Of a DNA stretch of 40,197 nt, positions 9,420-20,486 are shown one piece after another. How positions within the stretch are numbered: position 1 is the first letter of the stretch; each line of letters opens with the position of its first letter. Both the position numbers and the translations under genes were made by a program. The stretch is taken from assembly GCA_046757025.1 (NCBI GenBank), contig JBHHXN010000028.1, forward strand, positions 1 through 40,197. The letters are read 5' to 3'. This DNA is from a bacterium. Lineage in GTDB: Bacteria > Zhuqueibacterota > Zhuqueibacteria > Oceanimicrobiales > Oceanimicrobiaceae. Below the pieces are notes generated by a model. That model was not told the DNA's origin. It worked only from the letters and a program-made list of their open reading frames with translations, and made no database searches.

Positions 9420-10373
9420 ATGTGTAAAAAGGTGAATCCATCTTACCTGTTTCAACGCTACAAAGACAATCCCATTTTAACCGCACAGGATTGGCCGTAC
9501 CCGGCGAATTCGGTGTTTAACGCCGGCGCCACCCGCATTAACGACCAGACTTTGCTGCTGCTGCGGGTAGAAGACCTACGCGGGATTTCCCATTTGACTG
9601 CAGCTCGCAGCGAAGATGGATTAACCAACTGGAAGATCGATACGGCTCCCACTCTGGCGCCGGAGCCCGAAAATTTTCCGGAAGAGCTGTGGGGGATTGA
9701 AGATGCCCGAATCGTACATCTGCCAGAATTGCAAGAGTATGCTATCACCTACACCGCTTATGGACGCGGGGGTCCGCTGGTGTCGCTGGCCTTCACCCGC
9801 GATTTTCAAAAATTCAAAAAATGCGGCGCCATTCTTTCTCCTGAAAACAAGGATGCCGCCCTGCTGCCGCGCCAAATTGCAGGAAGGTGGGTGCTCATCC
9901 ACCGGCCGGCGCCCAGTGCGCGCTATAAACCGGCCCATATATGGTTGGCCTCCTCGCCGGATTTGCTGCACTGGGGCAGGCACCGATTGTTAATGGAGAC
10001 GCGTGCCGGCGGCTGGTGGGATTCCCACAAGATCGGGCTGGGACCGCAGCCCATCGAAACGCCGGAAGGCTGGCTCATTTTGTACCACGGCGTTAGAAAA
10101 ACCGTTTCCGGCGCACTCTACCGCACCGGACTGGCCTTGCTGGATCTCGAGCAGCCTGACAAAGTCATAAAACGCAGTCAACAGTGGGTGCTGGGGCCCT
10201 GGGAAAATTTCGAACGCACGGGGGATGTGCCCAATGCCAGTTTTCCATGCGGGGCGGTGGTAAACGAAAAATCCGGCGAACTGTTTCTCTACTACGGAGC
10301 CGCCGACAGTTGTCTGGCCGTGGCCACAGCCAAAATCAGCGACTTGCTGGATTTTCTAAAACAAGACGGTTGA
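9420..10373 (+). CDS. GH130 family glycosidase/phosphorylase (short form)
   Basis: SD GAGGAGG before ATG 9420; VFNAGA, WGIEDARI, YTAY, NKDAAL, HRP, GWLILYHGV and GDVPN..FPCG five-bladed-propeller motifs. Confidence 0.9.
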   Translation: MCKKVNPSYLFQRYKDNPILTAQDWPYPANSVFNAGATRINDQTLLLLRVEDLRGISHLTAARSEDGLTNWKIDTAPTLAPEPENFPEELWGIEDARIVHLPELQEYAITYTAYGRGGPLVSLAFTRDFQKFKKCGAILSPENKDAALLPRQIAGRWVLIHRPAPSARYKPAHIWLASSPDLLHWGRHRLLMETRAGGWWDSHKIGLGPQPIETPEGWLILYHGVRKTVSGALYRTGLALLDLEQPDKVIKRSQQWVLGPWENFERTGDVPNASFPCGAVVNEKSGELFLYYGAADSCLAVATAKISDLLDFLKQDG

Positions 10374-10542
10374 GGCGATAACATGGAAATTTCGCATACA
10401 TCGGCGTCGACGGGTGGAAATGTGCGCTCCAGTCCTCGTTAAAAGTCTTTAAAAAAAGATAACTAAAAAACGACGATCGAACTTGTCCACAAACCGTAGC
10501 TACGTATTCAATAATCCATTTTAACCAAAGAGTCGATACTAC

Positions 10543-11988
10543 ATGAAAGCCAAACGCACCAACATCGTCATCAAACCCGATTGCACCCGGGTGTTGTTTC
10601 GCCCTTTCGAATACATCAGTAAAGAGCGCACCATGAAAGTCATCGCGCGCGTGATGTCGCTTTCAGAAAAAGAGGTGAAACGAATTACCGAACAGGTTCT
10701 TTCTGAATTCCACGGCCGTCATCAAAAGTTGTGTGATTTTTTCCTCAAACAGTTCGAGCAAGTGCGCGATTATCTGATCACAGACCAACCACTCAGTGAA
10801 CAGCGCAAACTGCTCATCGGCGCTTATTTCACCCAGGAATACTCGCTGGAATCGGCGGCGCTGTTCAACCCTTCCATGATCTGGCACCCGGACCAATCGA
10901 ATCTGGCCAAAGGCTGTCGGCGATTTATTCTCAGTTTACGCGCCACGGGCGAAGGGCATATTTCGTCCATCACTTTTCGCACGGGCGTGGTGGATGATCA
11001 TAACAAAATTCAGTTAGAACAACCCACGCGCTTTGTGACGCTACCGGAAATTTACACCAATCCGGCTTATGACAAAGCGCTTTTTGAAAAGAAACTCTTA
11101 GAGCTTGGCCTGGCAAACGATTTTGCCGACAGAGTTATGCAGCCGCTTGCCGGCACCTTTACCATTGAGGAACTAAACGAAACCATTCGTTACGCATTGC
11201 TGCAAAAAAGCGAAACGGTTGAGCACAAGGATACCGCCCAGGGTATTCTCTCCCTGGCGCAGTCAAATTATGAAATTTTTTATTCGCCAGATCAGCAGCT
11301 TTCAGAACGCATTATTTTTCCATCCACACCGGCTGAAATCAACGGCATCGAAGACGCGCGATTTGTGGAATTTCATGATGACGATGGCACCACCACTTAC
11401 TATGCCACCTACACAGCCTACGACGGCAAAGTCGTTTTACCACAGCTATTAGAAACCAGAGATTTCCTGCATTTCAAAATCAACACTTTAAATGGGCCCG
11501 AAGTGCACAACAAGGGCATGGGGTTGTTTCCGCGAAAAATCAATGGCTGCTATGCCATGATTTCGCGCCAGGATAATGAAAATATCTATATCATGTTTTC
11601 GGAGCAACTTCATTTCTGGTATTCAAAAAAAATGCTTTTGAAACCGACCTTCCCCTGGGAATTCTTGCAAACCGGCAACTGCGGTTCGCCTATCGAAACC
11701 GAGGCCGGCTGGCTGGTGCTCAGCCACGGGGTGGGCCCCATGCGCAAATATGCCATTGGCGCTTTTTTACTCGACCTGAACGATCCTGCCAGAATAATCG
11801 GTCGATTACAAGAACCCCTGATCAGCCCCAACGAAAATGAGCGAGAGGGCTATGTGCCAAACGTGGTGTATAGCTGCGGCGGCCAAATCCATAACGGCGA
11901 ATTGATCATTCCGTACGCCATGTCGGATTATGCCAGCAGTTTTGCCGTGGTAAATTTAAATGAGCTTTTAGACGAGCTGCTGTCATAA
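10543..11988 (+). CDS. GH130 family protein (long form with N-terminal extension)
   Basis: ESAALFNPS, SLRATGEGHISSI, NGIEDARFV, YYATYTAY, NKGMGLFPRKI, GNCGSPIET and REGYVPNVVYSCG. Confidence 0.88.
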   Translation: MKAKRTNIVIKPDCTRVLFRPFEYISKERTMKVIARVMSLSEKEVKRITEQVLSEFHGRHQKLCDFFLKQFEQVRDYLITDQPLSEQRKLLIGAYFTQEYSLESAALFNPSMIWHPDQSNLAKGCRRFILSLRATGEGHISSITFRTGVVDDHNKIQLEQPTRFVTLPEIYTNPAYDKALFEKKLLELGLANDFADRVMQPLAGTFTIEELNETIRYALLQKSETVEHKDTAQGILSLAQSNYEIFYSPDQQLSERIIFPSTPAEINGIEDARFVEFHDDDGTTTYYATYTAYDGKVVLPQLLETRDFLHFKINTLNGPEVHNKGMGLFPRKINGCYAMISRQDNENIYIMFSEQLHFWYSKKMLLKPTFPWEFLQTGNCGSPIETEAGWLVLSHGVGPMRKYAIGAFLLDLNDPARIIGRLQEPLISPNENEREGYVPNVVYSCGGQIHNGELIIPYAMSDYASSFAVVNLNELLDELLS

Positions 11989-12131
11989 GTTGGCAATTTT
12001 AACTGAAACAGAAAACGGCCGCGGGCATGCTAACAACATCCTTTATACACATCCATGACTCTGTTGATAAAGGCATTTTTCCATCAGTTTTCATGTTGAA
12101 ATTGTCTTTGAATTAATCAACAGAGTTATCC

Positions 12132-15100
12132 ATGTTTAAGCACAAACTTTTTTACACCTCACTTTTGACCATGGCCTTTTGCTCTGTCTCCACCCTTTTG
12201 GCTCAGCAGATTCCCATCACCCGCATCGAACAGATGCCCAACCTGCCGGTTCCTTACAAAATGCGAAATTGGAAACAGGTGGCGGCTGGTTATGACTCGT
12301 TGGTATTCAATCTCGGGCTTTCTGGTCGCTATTTACCTCTGGTCTGGCTGAACGACAACAGCATAAATTATCCTGAACATCAGAGTTTCGGGCTGCACAC
12401 AGTGGTGGGCACGACCTTCCCCCAATCTGCTGAAGCCATCAATGTCCTGCCCGCTGTCATCGGAGCGACCCTGGTAGGCATCGATAAAAGCCGGCAAAAT
12501 GACTACAACTGGGTGCTCATGTGCGAGGAATTTTTTAACAAGCGGCCGCAAGAAAACGTTTATCTAAATCATCCGGTGACTGCAAGCGGCGGCGACTGGT
12601 GGTACGCTACCATGCCCAATATTTTCTTTTACCAGCTTTACGACCTCTATCCCGGTACGGGCGATTTTAACTACCAATTTACCAGCGTTGCCGACCGCTG
12701 GCTGGAAGCGGTGCAGAAAATGGGCGGCAGCAGCACGCCCTGGCAGGCGCCGAACATGAACTACCGCGGCTGGCGTCTGGCCACCATGACGCCGTACCAG
12801 GGCGGCGTTCCCGAACCGGAAGCGGCCGGCGCCATCGCCTATCTTTTGTATCATGCTTTTGTCGAAACGGGTCAGTCGAAATACAGGATTGGCGCAGAGT
12901 GGGTCATGGAATTTCTGGAGGCCCTGAATTCGAATCCATCGTATGAATTGCAATTGCCCTACGGCGTTTACACCGCCGCCAGGATGAATGCCGAGCTCGG
13001 TTCACAATACGACATCGAGAAAATGTTGAACTGGTGTTTTAATGTCGGACCGTTGCGGCAATGGGGCGCCATCGTCGGCAACTGGGGAGGGTACGATTGT
13101 AGCGGGCTCATCGGCGAAGTGAACGGGGTGAACGATTACGCCTTTATCATGAACACTTTCGAGCAGGCCGGCGCCCTGCTGCCGCTGGTACGCTATGACG
13201 ACCGCTTTGCCCGCGCCATGGCGAAATGGCTGCTCAACGCCGCCAACGCCGCGCGGTTGTTTTACACCAACTATCTGCCAGACAGCCGACAGGACTCCGA
13301 AGATTGGGCGCATCAATACGATCCACACTCTTACATCGCTCACGAAGCCCTGCGGCAATCGGCGTATGGCGGCAGTCCGTATGCCACCGGCGACGCCGTC
13401 GCCGGCGGCTGGGGCGCCACCAACCTGGCGCTCTACGGCTCGTCGCACGTGGGTATTTTCGGCGGCATCCTCGACACCACCAACGTCACCGGCATCCTGC
13501 AATTAGATCTGCTGAAAACGGATTATTTTCATGACGACGCCTATGCCAGTTATCTCTTCTTTAATCCATATAATGAAGCTAAAGACGTCACAATCGACGC
13601 CGGCAGCGGTGTGCACGACCTCTACGATGCGGTGACCAATCAATTCCTGCAAACCAGCGTGAGCGGAGAAACGGCGATCACGATTCCCGCTGACGTCGCG
13701 GTTTTACTGGTCTTGACGCCGGCCGGCGGCAGGGTAACCTACGAGCTACATAAAATGCTCATCGACGGCGTGGTGGTGGACTATCGATCTGATCTGCCGG
13801 TGGCCAACCACCCTCCACGCATTAAAAGTTTAGCCGCGAAAAAAAACACCATCCTAATAAATGAAGCCGTGAAAATTTATTGCACAGCAAGCGATATCGA
13901 TGGCAATCCGGTCACGTTCAATTGGAGCGCTTCTGGCGGGCAGATCGCGGGCGACAGCTCCGCTGTGGTCTGGACCGCCCCGGATTCCGCCGGTACGTAC
14001 GTCATCTCCTGCCAGGTAGATGACGGCAATGGCGGCGCAGTGAAAGATAGTGTTTTAATCAGCGTGGTAGAGAGGATCAATTCTGCGCCGGTCATTGTAA
14101 GGTTGACCGCTTCGCCGCGCAAGCTGGATCTGGGTAAAACCACTAATCTGAGCTGCACCGCCACCGACGCCGACGGCGATTCCTTGTCCTACACCTGGAC
14201 CGCCCGGCATGGCAGCTTGAACAGTGGGGATTCCACCGCCGTCTGGAACGCCCCGCTGCAGGCGGGAAATTACCCGATCATCTGCACAGTAAGCGACCCG
14301 CACGGTGGCGTGGCGGTGGACAGCATCGGCGTCGTGGTGCGAGACTTCTCGATTATTCAAACCGGCGAGCTGGTGGCATTTTATCCTTTCAATGGCGACG
14401 CCAAGGATGAAAGCGGTTTCAACCATCATGGCACGGTGGTGGGCGCGCTGCCTGCCCGCGACCGCACTGGCGCCGCCAACCGCGCATACTCTTTTGATGG
14501 CGTCGATGATCGCATCAATATTTCCAACCATGACCAGCTCAATTTTCGTGACGCCATCACCATCAATTTCTGGATGCGTGTCGGCATGTTTTACCAACGC
14601 GAAGCCTACCCGATCTCACACGGCAACTGGGAAAACCGCTGGAAGATTTCCATCACCAACCAGCGCGTGCGCTGGACGGTGAAAACCGATCAGGGCATCA
14701 AAGACCTGGACTCAGAAACCCGCCTCGTCAGCAATCGCTTTTACAACATCACGGCGCTGTTCAGCGGGTCGGACTTTGAAATTTATATCGATGGCGAGCT
14801 GGATGCCTTTTCCACCTGGTCTGGATTGATCTTGCCCACCAGCTACGATTTAACCATCGGTCAGGCGCTGCCCGGCAACAACCAGTACAATTTCAAAGGC
14901 ACGCTGGACGAGATCCGCCTTTACAACTACGCTCTGCCGCTCAGGGAAATTCAAAATCTCGCTGACCTGTCTACTTCAACGACAACTCCAACAACCGAAA
15001 AAAAACTCAACTTAGAGTTATTTCAAAACTACCCGAATCCCTTTAATGCGCAAACCACCATCTTTTTTCAAATACACAAAGCCGCTAATGTCCGCCTTAA

Positions 15101-15284
15101 AATTTTCGATGTGCTCGGCAAAGAGGTCAAATCTCTGCTGCAGGAGTTCCTGCCGGCCGGCCGCTACCGGGAAAGCTGGAATGGCACGAATGCCACCAAT
15201 CAGCCGGCAGCCAGCGGATTGTATTTCTATCAATTGCAAATAGACGAAGTACGGCTCATCAAAAAAATGCTCCTTTTGAGGTAA
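12132..15284 (+). CDS. Secreted multidomain protein: uncharacterised N-terminal putative catalytic domain, two PKD/Ig-like repeats, LamG domain, T9SS/FlgD C-terminal domain
   Basis: Signal peptide; two NxxP..I...C.A.D.DG....W...G......VW.AP...G.Y.I.C.V.D..GG repeats; LVAFYPFNGDAKD...AYSFDGVDD...FKGTLDEIRLYN LamG; QNYPNPFN...SGLYFYQL...KKMLLLR CTD. Confidence 0.8.
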   Translation: MFKHKLFYTSLLTMAFCSVSTLLAQQIPITRIEQMPNLPVPYKMRNWKQVAAGYDSLVFNLGLSGRYLPLVWLNDNSINYPEHQSFGLHTVVGTTFPQSAEAINVLPAVIGATLVGIDKSRQNDYNWVLMCEEFFNKRPQENVYLNHPVTASGGDWWYATMPNIFFYQLYDLYPGTGDFNYQFTSVADRWLEAVQKMGGSSTPWQAPNMNYRGWRLATMTPYQGGVPEPEAAGAIAYLLYHAFVETGQSKYRIGAEWVMEFLEALNSNPSYELQLPYGVYTAARMNAELGSQYDIEKMLNWCFNVGPLRQWGAIVGNWGGYDCSGLIGEVNGVNDYAFIMNTFEQAGALLPLVRYDDRFARAMAKWLLNAANAARLFYTNYLPDSRQDSEDWAHQYDPHSYIAHEALRQSAYGGSPYATGDAVAGGWGATNLALYGSSHVGIFGGILDTTNVTGILQLDLLKTDYFHDDAYASYLFFNPYNEAKDVTIDAGSGVHDLYDAVTNQFLQTSVSGETAITIPADVAVLLVLTPAGGRVTYELHKMLIDGVVVDYRSDLPVANHPPRIKSLAAKKNTILINEAVKIYCTASDIDGNPVTFNWSASGGQIAGDSSAVVWTAPDSAGTYVISCQVDDGNGGAVKDSVLISVVERINSAPVIVRLTASPRKLDLGKTTNLSCTATDADGDSLSYTWTARHGSLNSGDSTAVWNAPLQAGNYPIICTVSDPHGGVAVDSIGVVVRDFSIIQTGELVAFYPFNGDAKDESGFNHHGTVVGALPARDRTGAANRAYSFDGVDDRINISNHDQLNFRDAITINFWMRVGMFYQREAYPISHGNWENRWKISITNQRVRWTVKTDQGIKDLDSETRLVSNRFYNITALFSGSDFEIYIDGELDAFSTWSGLILPTSYDLTIGQALPGNNQYNFKGTLDEIRLYNYALPLREIQNLADLSTSTTTPTTEKKLNLELFQNYPNPFNAQTTIFFQIHKAANVRLKIFDVLGKEVKSLLQEFLPAGRYRESWNGTNATNQPAASGLYFYQLQIDEVRLIKKMLLLR

Positions 15285-15286
15285 AG

Positions 15287-17857
15287 ATGCCAGCACGAAA
15301 CAGATCGGGATTTTTCATTTCTATCTTTATTTTTCTAGCGTTTTTACTGAACGCCTGTGGCAGCAGTCCGCCAAAGACTTCCGCGGATTTGCGCGTCCGT
15401 TTCAAGGGGGATGCGCAAATTGAAGTTGGCGGACCGTATGTCGGCGTCGAAATGCACCACGGCGCGCCCTTGCTCAACCGCATCAGCTTTTTTTACCCGG
15501 TGGCGAACAGCGTGGATTTGAGTACGGATTACTGGCAGCGCCACCGCTCGCGCATCATGGCCCTGGCAGTAAAAATCGGCACGCAGCCGGTGGAATGGCT
15601 TGGGCAGCAGCCGCTTGAATTTCAGCTCACGCCCTATTCCGTACAATTCCATCAAGTGGATGCAGATAAAGCGCTTAAAATCACCTATGAATTCTGTCTC
15701 AACCAACCCGCCCTGATCGGCACTTTTGAGCTGACCAACCGCGGCAGCAGCGCCCGGGAGTTCACTTTTTTCACTCACCTGGAGGGGTCCCTGCGCACCA
15801 GTCACAGCTACAAATTAAAAGATCAGCCCAAGGCAATCCTGGATGGAAAAAAATCGGCAATTTACTTTAACTACGATGGTGAAGAAACCGGTGGGGCGCA
15901 GTTGTTCGTGGCCAACGCCGGCGAACCAGCGGTGGCTGCCAGTTTTACTGTGGACGTTGGCAGCGAGTTCAGTCTGTGGGCGCCATTTAAAAATGCCTTG
16001 CCTTTTGAAGAAATCATCAATCGCGAAAACCGCGCGCGTCCGGTGGCGAGGTTTATCTACAAAAAGAAATTAGCTCCCGGCGAAACCATACGGGTGGTGC
16101 AAATCCTCGGCGCCTGTAAAAAAAACGAAGCCCTGGAAATAGTGTCATCGCTTCGAAAAAACTATGCCGAAGAAGTTCGAGCTTACGAAAATGACGTACT
16201 GAAGCGGGTTTATCAGCAGGGTAAAATCACCACCGGCAACGCGGCGCTGGATCACTCCGCCGCCTGGGCCAGGGCGATCTTAGCAGCCAATGCCCACTAC
16301 CTGGACGGCGAAATCGTGCCCATGCCCTGCCCGGCAGAATACAACTTTTTTTTCACCCATGACGCCCTGGTTACCGATTTAGCCGCGGTGATTTTCGACA
16401 GCGCGCGGGTAAAAAAAGACCTGCTTTATATCGCGGAACACGCCGCTCCCGACAGCGCCATTGCGCACGCTTACTACTGGAAAGACACGCAATTTGTGAT
16501 GGAATTCGCCGGTAAAGACAACTGGAATCATTTCTGGTTTGTGCTGGTTTCGGCCAGCTATTTGCGTCATACAAATGACACAGCTACATTGGAAACGCTC
16601 TTTCCTTTCTTGAAGAAGAGCCTCCAGCAAATCCGCGAAAACATTCAGGATAGTTTGAGCTGGGCGGCCCATCCCGATTGGTGGGATATCGGCAAAAACC
16701 GCGGTCCCAGAGCGTACATGACGATTTTGGCCATTCGCGCCATTCAAGATTACGTTTTCATTTCAACCACTTTAAATAAATACCATCTCTCTTTGCTTGA
16801 GTTGACACAATTAACTGAAAAAATGCGAGAGCGATTGGAGCAGCAATTGTGGGATGCGGAAGAAAATTATCTCACCAGCTACAACGAAAACCTCAAAAAG
16901 GATGAGCATTTTTACTCTGGCTCGCTACTGGCCGCGCATTTCAATGCCATCAACGAGTGGAAAACACGCGCGCTTTTGCAAACGGCTGAAAAAAAACTGC
17001 TGGACAAAAATATCGGAATTTACAACGCCTTTCCCATGGATTTTCACCAGCGCAAGGACGAATATCGCTTCAACGGCAACGAAGCCGGCGATGAATATTT
17101 TTATTTCAACGGCGGAGTCTGGCCGCAGGGAAATGCCTGGTATGCGCTGGGCCTAATTGCTGCTGGTAAAAAAGAGGCCGCTTTTCATTTTATACAAAAA
17201 TGCATGACTCTGCAAGGCGTTATGAACAGTCCCAACGGTCAACCGGCCATGTATGAATATCGCCATTCCAACCAAAGCGACGCCTCCGTTTACGGCAAAA
17301 TTGACAAGCCGCAATTTCTCTGGGCCGCGGGCTGGTACCTGTACAGTGTTTATCATCTTCTGGGAGTGCGTGAAAATGCCTGGAATCTGACATTTGAGCC
17401 TTATTTAATTCCGGGCCAGTCGCGCAGCAATTTTGTAATTTTAGCTGGGGGAAAGAAGCTGACGGTGACCGTGAGTGGCGCCGGCAAAACCATCCAATTC
17501 ATCAAATTTAATGGGCAGCCCGAATCGTCAACTGTGTTGCCGCAGGTCTTCGCTTCTGCTCAAAATGTGCAAATCGAGCTCGGGCAGCCGCAACGGCCTT
17601 TTCTGGCTGCTACCACCTCCATTCTGCAATTTTGTCGTTATCACGACAAAAATAGAAGGTTGACATTGCAGTTAGCCGCATTTCCGGGGTATAAAAATCA
17701 AACCACCATCGTATCACCATTTAAACCGGAAGCCATTCTTTTGAATGATCAAAAATATCATCAGCAGCAAAACGTAAAAAGTGATCATGGAATTTATGAA
17801 TTAAATTTACTATTTTATCATCAAACAACTGCCGATACTTTAATCATCCAATTTTGA
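15287..17857 (+). CDS. Uncharacterised lipoprotein with probable six-hairpin (alpha/alpha)6 glycosidase domain (amylo-alpha-1,6-glucosidase/GH63-like fold)
   Basis: Lipobox LNAC; YNFFFTHD, DWWD, YFNGGVWP, MYEY and QFLWAAG resemble six-hairpin glycosidase motifs. Confidence 0.6.
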   Translation: MPARNRSGFFISIFIFLAFLLNACGSSPPKTSADLRVRFKGDAQIEVGGPYVGVEMHHGAPLLNRISFFYPVANSVDLSTDYWQRHRSRIMALAVKIGTQPVEWLGQQPLEFQLTPYSVQFHQVDADKALKITYEFCLNQPALIGTFELTNRGSSAREFTFFTHLEGSLRTSHSYKLKDQPKAILDGKKSAIYFNYDGEETGGAQLFVANAGEPAVAASFTVDVGSEFSLWAPFKNALPFEEIINRENRARPVARFIYKKKLAPGETIRVVQILGACKKNEALEIVSSLRKNYAEEVRAYENDVLKRVYQQGKITTGNAALDHSAAWARAILAANAHYLDGEIVPMPCPAEYNFFFTHDALVTDLAAVIFDSARVKKDLLYIAEHAAPDSAIAHAYYWKDTQFVMEFAGKDNWNHFWFVLVSASYLRHTNDTATLETLFPFLKKSLQQIRENIQDSLSWAAHPDWWDIGKNRGPRAYMTILAIRAIQDYVFISTTLNKYHLSLLELTQLTEKMRERLEQQLWDAEENYLTSYNENLKKDEHFYSGSLLAAHFNAINEWKTRALLQTAEKKLLDKNIGIYNAFPMDFHQRKDEYRFNGNEAGDEYFYFNGGVWPQGNAWYALGLIAAGKKEAAFHFIQKCMTLQGVMNSPNGQPAMYEYRHSNQSDASVYGKIDKPQFLWAAGWYLYSVYHLLGVRENAWNLTFEPYLIPGQSRSNFVILAGGKKLTVTVSGAGKTIQFIKFNGQPESSTVLPQVFASAQNVQIELGQPQRPFLAATTSILQFCRYHDKNRRLTLQLAAFPGYKNQTTIVSPFKPEAILLNDQKYHQQQNVKSDHGIYELNLLFYHQTTADTLIIQF

Positions 17858-17880
17858 ACTTAGGTACGAAGAAACGGACT

Positions 17881-20340
17881 ATGACAAAAACAATTGATTT
17901 GACCGGTAATTGGGAATTTATGATTGATTGGGAAAGTCCCAACATTTCACTGGCGCCCAGCGATTTGTTCCAGATGGGAAAATGGCTACGCGCTCAGGTG
18001 CCGGGCACGGTGCACACCGATCTGCTGGCAAACGAAAAAATCGCCGACCCGTTTTATCGGGATAACGAGCTCAAAGTCAAATGGGTGGCCGAAGTGGCGT
18101 GGATTTATCACAAAGAATTTCATGTGCCGCCGGAGCTGCTGGATTCGGAGCGCGTGCAGTTGGTGGTGGAAGGACTAGATACGTTTGCGACTATTTACGT
18201 CAATGATCAGAAAATTGCCCAGACGGACAACATGTTTGTGCCCTACCGCTTTGACCTGAAGAAGGTCCTGCTACCCGGCAAAAACGAAATCGAAATCCAG
18301 CTTGACTCGCCCCTGAAGCGCGCGCGCGAGCTGGAAAAAAAGCACGGCAAACCCGCGCTTTCCCATGCCGATTACCGGGTGTATGCCCGAAAAGCGCAAT
18401 ATTCTTTCGGCTGGGATTGGGGCCCGGAGCTGCCCACCGCCGGCATCTGGCGGCCCATCTACATCGAAGCCCACGATGCCATTCGCATCAAAGATGTGTT
18501 TGTGGAAACCCGACTCAACGACGATCTCTCCCGCGCCCATCTGGAGGTGCAATTAGAAACCAAGATTTTTGGCGCTGGCGAAAGTGAATTCACCGCTGTC
18601 GCAAAGATCGGGGGACTGACAAAAGAAGTCACGATTCAAAAAAGTCAGCAGACCATTTCGTTTGAATTGCGCAACCCGCAGCTCTGGTGGCCAGTGGGTT
18701 ACGGTCAACCGCATCTACATCAATTAGAGATGCAGGTTTATGCAGATGGCGCCTTAGCTGACAAACGCACGGTCCATTTTGGCATCCGCAAAATCGAGCT
18801 GGTGCAGGAGCGGGATGCGGCTGGCAAATCTTTTCTATTTAAGATCAACAACCTGCCGATTTTTTGTCGAGGCGCAAACTGGATTCCTGCTGACAGTTTT
18901 ATTCCCCGCATCAGCCCGCAGAAATATCGTCGTCTGGTGGAGGCCGCCAGAGAAGCGAACATGAACATGCTGCGGGTCTGGGGCGGCGGCATTTACGAAC
19001 AAAGCGCGTTTTATGCAGCCTGCGACGAAGCCGGCATGCTGGTATGGCAGGATTTCATGTTTGCCTGCGGCGCGTATCCGAATTACAGCCAATTTCAAGA
19101 AAATGTTAGTCAGGAAATCGAAGCGGCTGTGCGTCGGCTAAGAAACCACCCCTGCATCGTGATCTGGTGCGGCAACAATGAGAACGAATGGATTTGGTAT
19201 CAGGCCACGGGGCAGGCCATCGAAAACATGCCCGGCGCCCCATTGTTTCACAAATTGCTGCCGTCTCTTTGCGGCCAATTGGACCCCACGCGCCCATACT
19301 GGCCGAGCTCTCCGTTTGGCGGCGACGACCCCAACTCCCACACCGAAGGCAACCACCACCAGTGGCAAATCTGGAGTCAGTGGCATGATTTCACCGCAGT
19401 TACCGAGGCCCGCAGCCGCTTCGTCACCGAATTTGGTTTTCAGGCGCCGGCTAATTTAAACACGCTGAAAGCGATCACCGCGCCGGAAGACCGGCACCCG
19501 CAAAGTGAGATCATGGAATTCCACAACAAACAAATCGAGGGACAGGAGCGTCTGTTTCGATTTCTGGCAGGGCACGTTACCCTGCCGACCTCGTTTGAAG
19601 ATTTCATATACAAATGTCAGGTCGTGCAGGGAGAGGCGCTGAAATATTGCATCGAACACTGGCGCCGCCATAAATTCCACACCGCCGGCGCCTTGATCTG
19701 GCAGTTCAACGATTGCTGGCCGGTTTCAAGCTGGTCTCTGATCGATAGCGCTCTCAAACCCAAAGCCGCTTATTATTACACCAAACGCGTGTTTGAACCG
19801 CGCCTAATTTCTATTTTCGAAAAGGCTGACAAAATTGAATTTTATGTAATCAACGACATGGAAGACGCCTTGGCGGCAACCCTGCAAATCTCCACGCTCT
19901 CTTTCACCGGGCAAGTGTTGTTTTCAAAAAATATGGAAGTGCAGGTCGATAAAAACGCCGTCAAATTAGCCGGCCAGTTCAGTGCGGAGGAACTGGCTGT
20001 CAGCGATAAATCTACTCAGTATCTAAAAGTCGAAATGTTTTCCAGCGAAAATTTGCTCTCGGAAAACAGATGGTTTTTCAAACGATTCAAACACCTGCAA
20101 TGGCCTGAAGTCCGCTTTCACCAGCAATTGCTTCATTTGAGCGGCAACGAGTTCGTTTTAAAATTAAATTCTGCCCACTTTGCCAAATCGGTTGCTATCG
20201 AGTCCGAAATGCTCAGTAAAGCAGATGACAACTATTTTGACTTAGACGCAAACACAGAAAAAACCGTGCACTTAACTTTCCAGGAGAGCGCGGTGGCGAA
20301 GAAAGAAGTTTTAACCATTCGCTCATTGCTGAACAGGTAA
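17881..20340 (+). CDS. GH2 beta-mannosidase
   Basis: VPGTVHTDL, GLDTFA, RKAQYSFGWDWGP, GANWIP, NMLRVWGGGIYE, WQDFMFAC, WCGNNE (acid/base), RFVTEFG (nucleophile), WQFNDCWP. Confidence 0.93.
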   Translation: MTKTIDLTGNWEFMIDWESPNISLAPSDLFQMGKWLRAQVPGTVHTDLLANEKIADPFYRDNELKVKWVAEVAWIYHKEFHVPPELLDSERVQLVVEGLDTFATIYVNDQKIAQTDNMFVPYRFDLKKVLLPGKNEIEIQLDSPLKRARELEKKHGKPALSHADYRVYARKAQYSFGWDWGPELPTAGIWRPIYIEAHDAIRIKDVFVETRLNDDLSRAHLEVQLETKIFGAGESEFTAVAKIGGLTKEVTIQKSQQTISFELRNPQLWWPVGYGQPHLHQLEMQVYADGALADKRTVHFGIRKIELVQERDAAGKSFLFKINNLPIFCRGANWIPADSFIPRISPQKYRRLVEAAREANMNMLRVWGGGIYEQSAFYAACDEAGMLVWQDFMFACGAYPNYSQFQENVSQEIEAAVRRLRNHPCIVIWCGNNENEWIWYQATGQAIENMPGAPLFHKLLPSLCGQLDPTRPYWPSSPFGGDDPNSHTEGNHHQWQIWSQWHDFTAVTEARSRFVTEFGFQAPANLNTLKAITAPEDRHPQSEIMEFHNKQIEGQERLFRFLAGHVTLPTSFEDFIYKCQVVQGEALKYCIEHWRRHKFHTAGALIWQFNDCWPVSSWSLIDSALKPKAAYYYTKRVFEPRLISIFEKADKIEFYVINDMEDALAATLQISTLSFTGQVLFSKNMEVQVDKNAVKLAGQFSAEELAVSDKSTQYLKVEMFSSENLLSENRWFFKRFKHLQWPEVRFHQQLLHLSGNEFVLKLNSAHFAKSVAIESEMLSKADDNYFDLDANTEKTVHLTFQESAVAKKEVLTIRSLLNR

Positions 20341-20486
20341 AACTTTCAAAATAGCAAGCAATTGACTCTTTTGGAACTGGTTGATTATTGTTCGCGATTT
20401 ATTTTGGATTTGTTTATTTGAATATTTGGAAATTTTTTAGTCGAATTAAATAACAAGGCTTGACGGTTTTGCATGACCGGGAGCGT

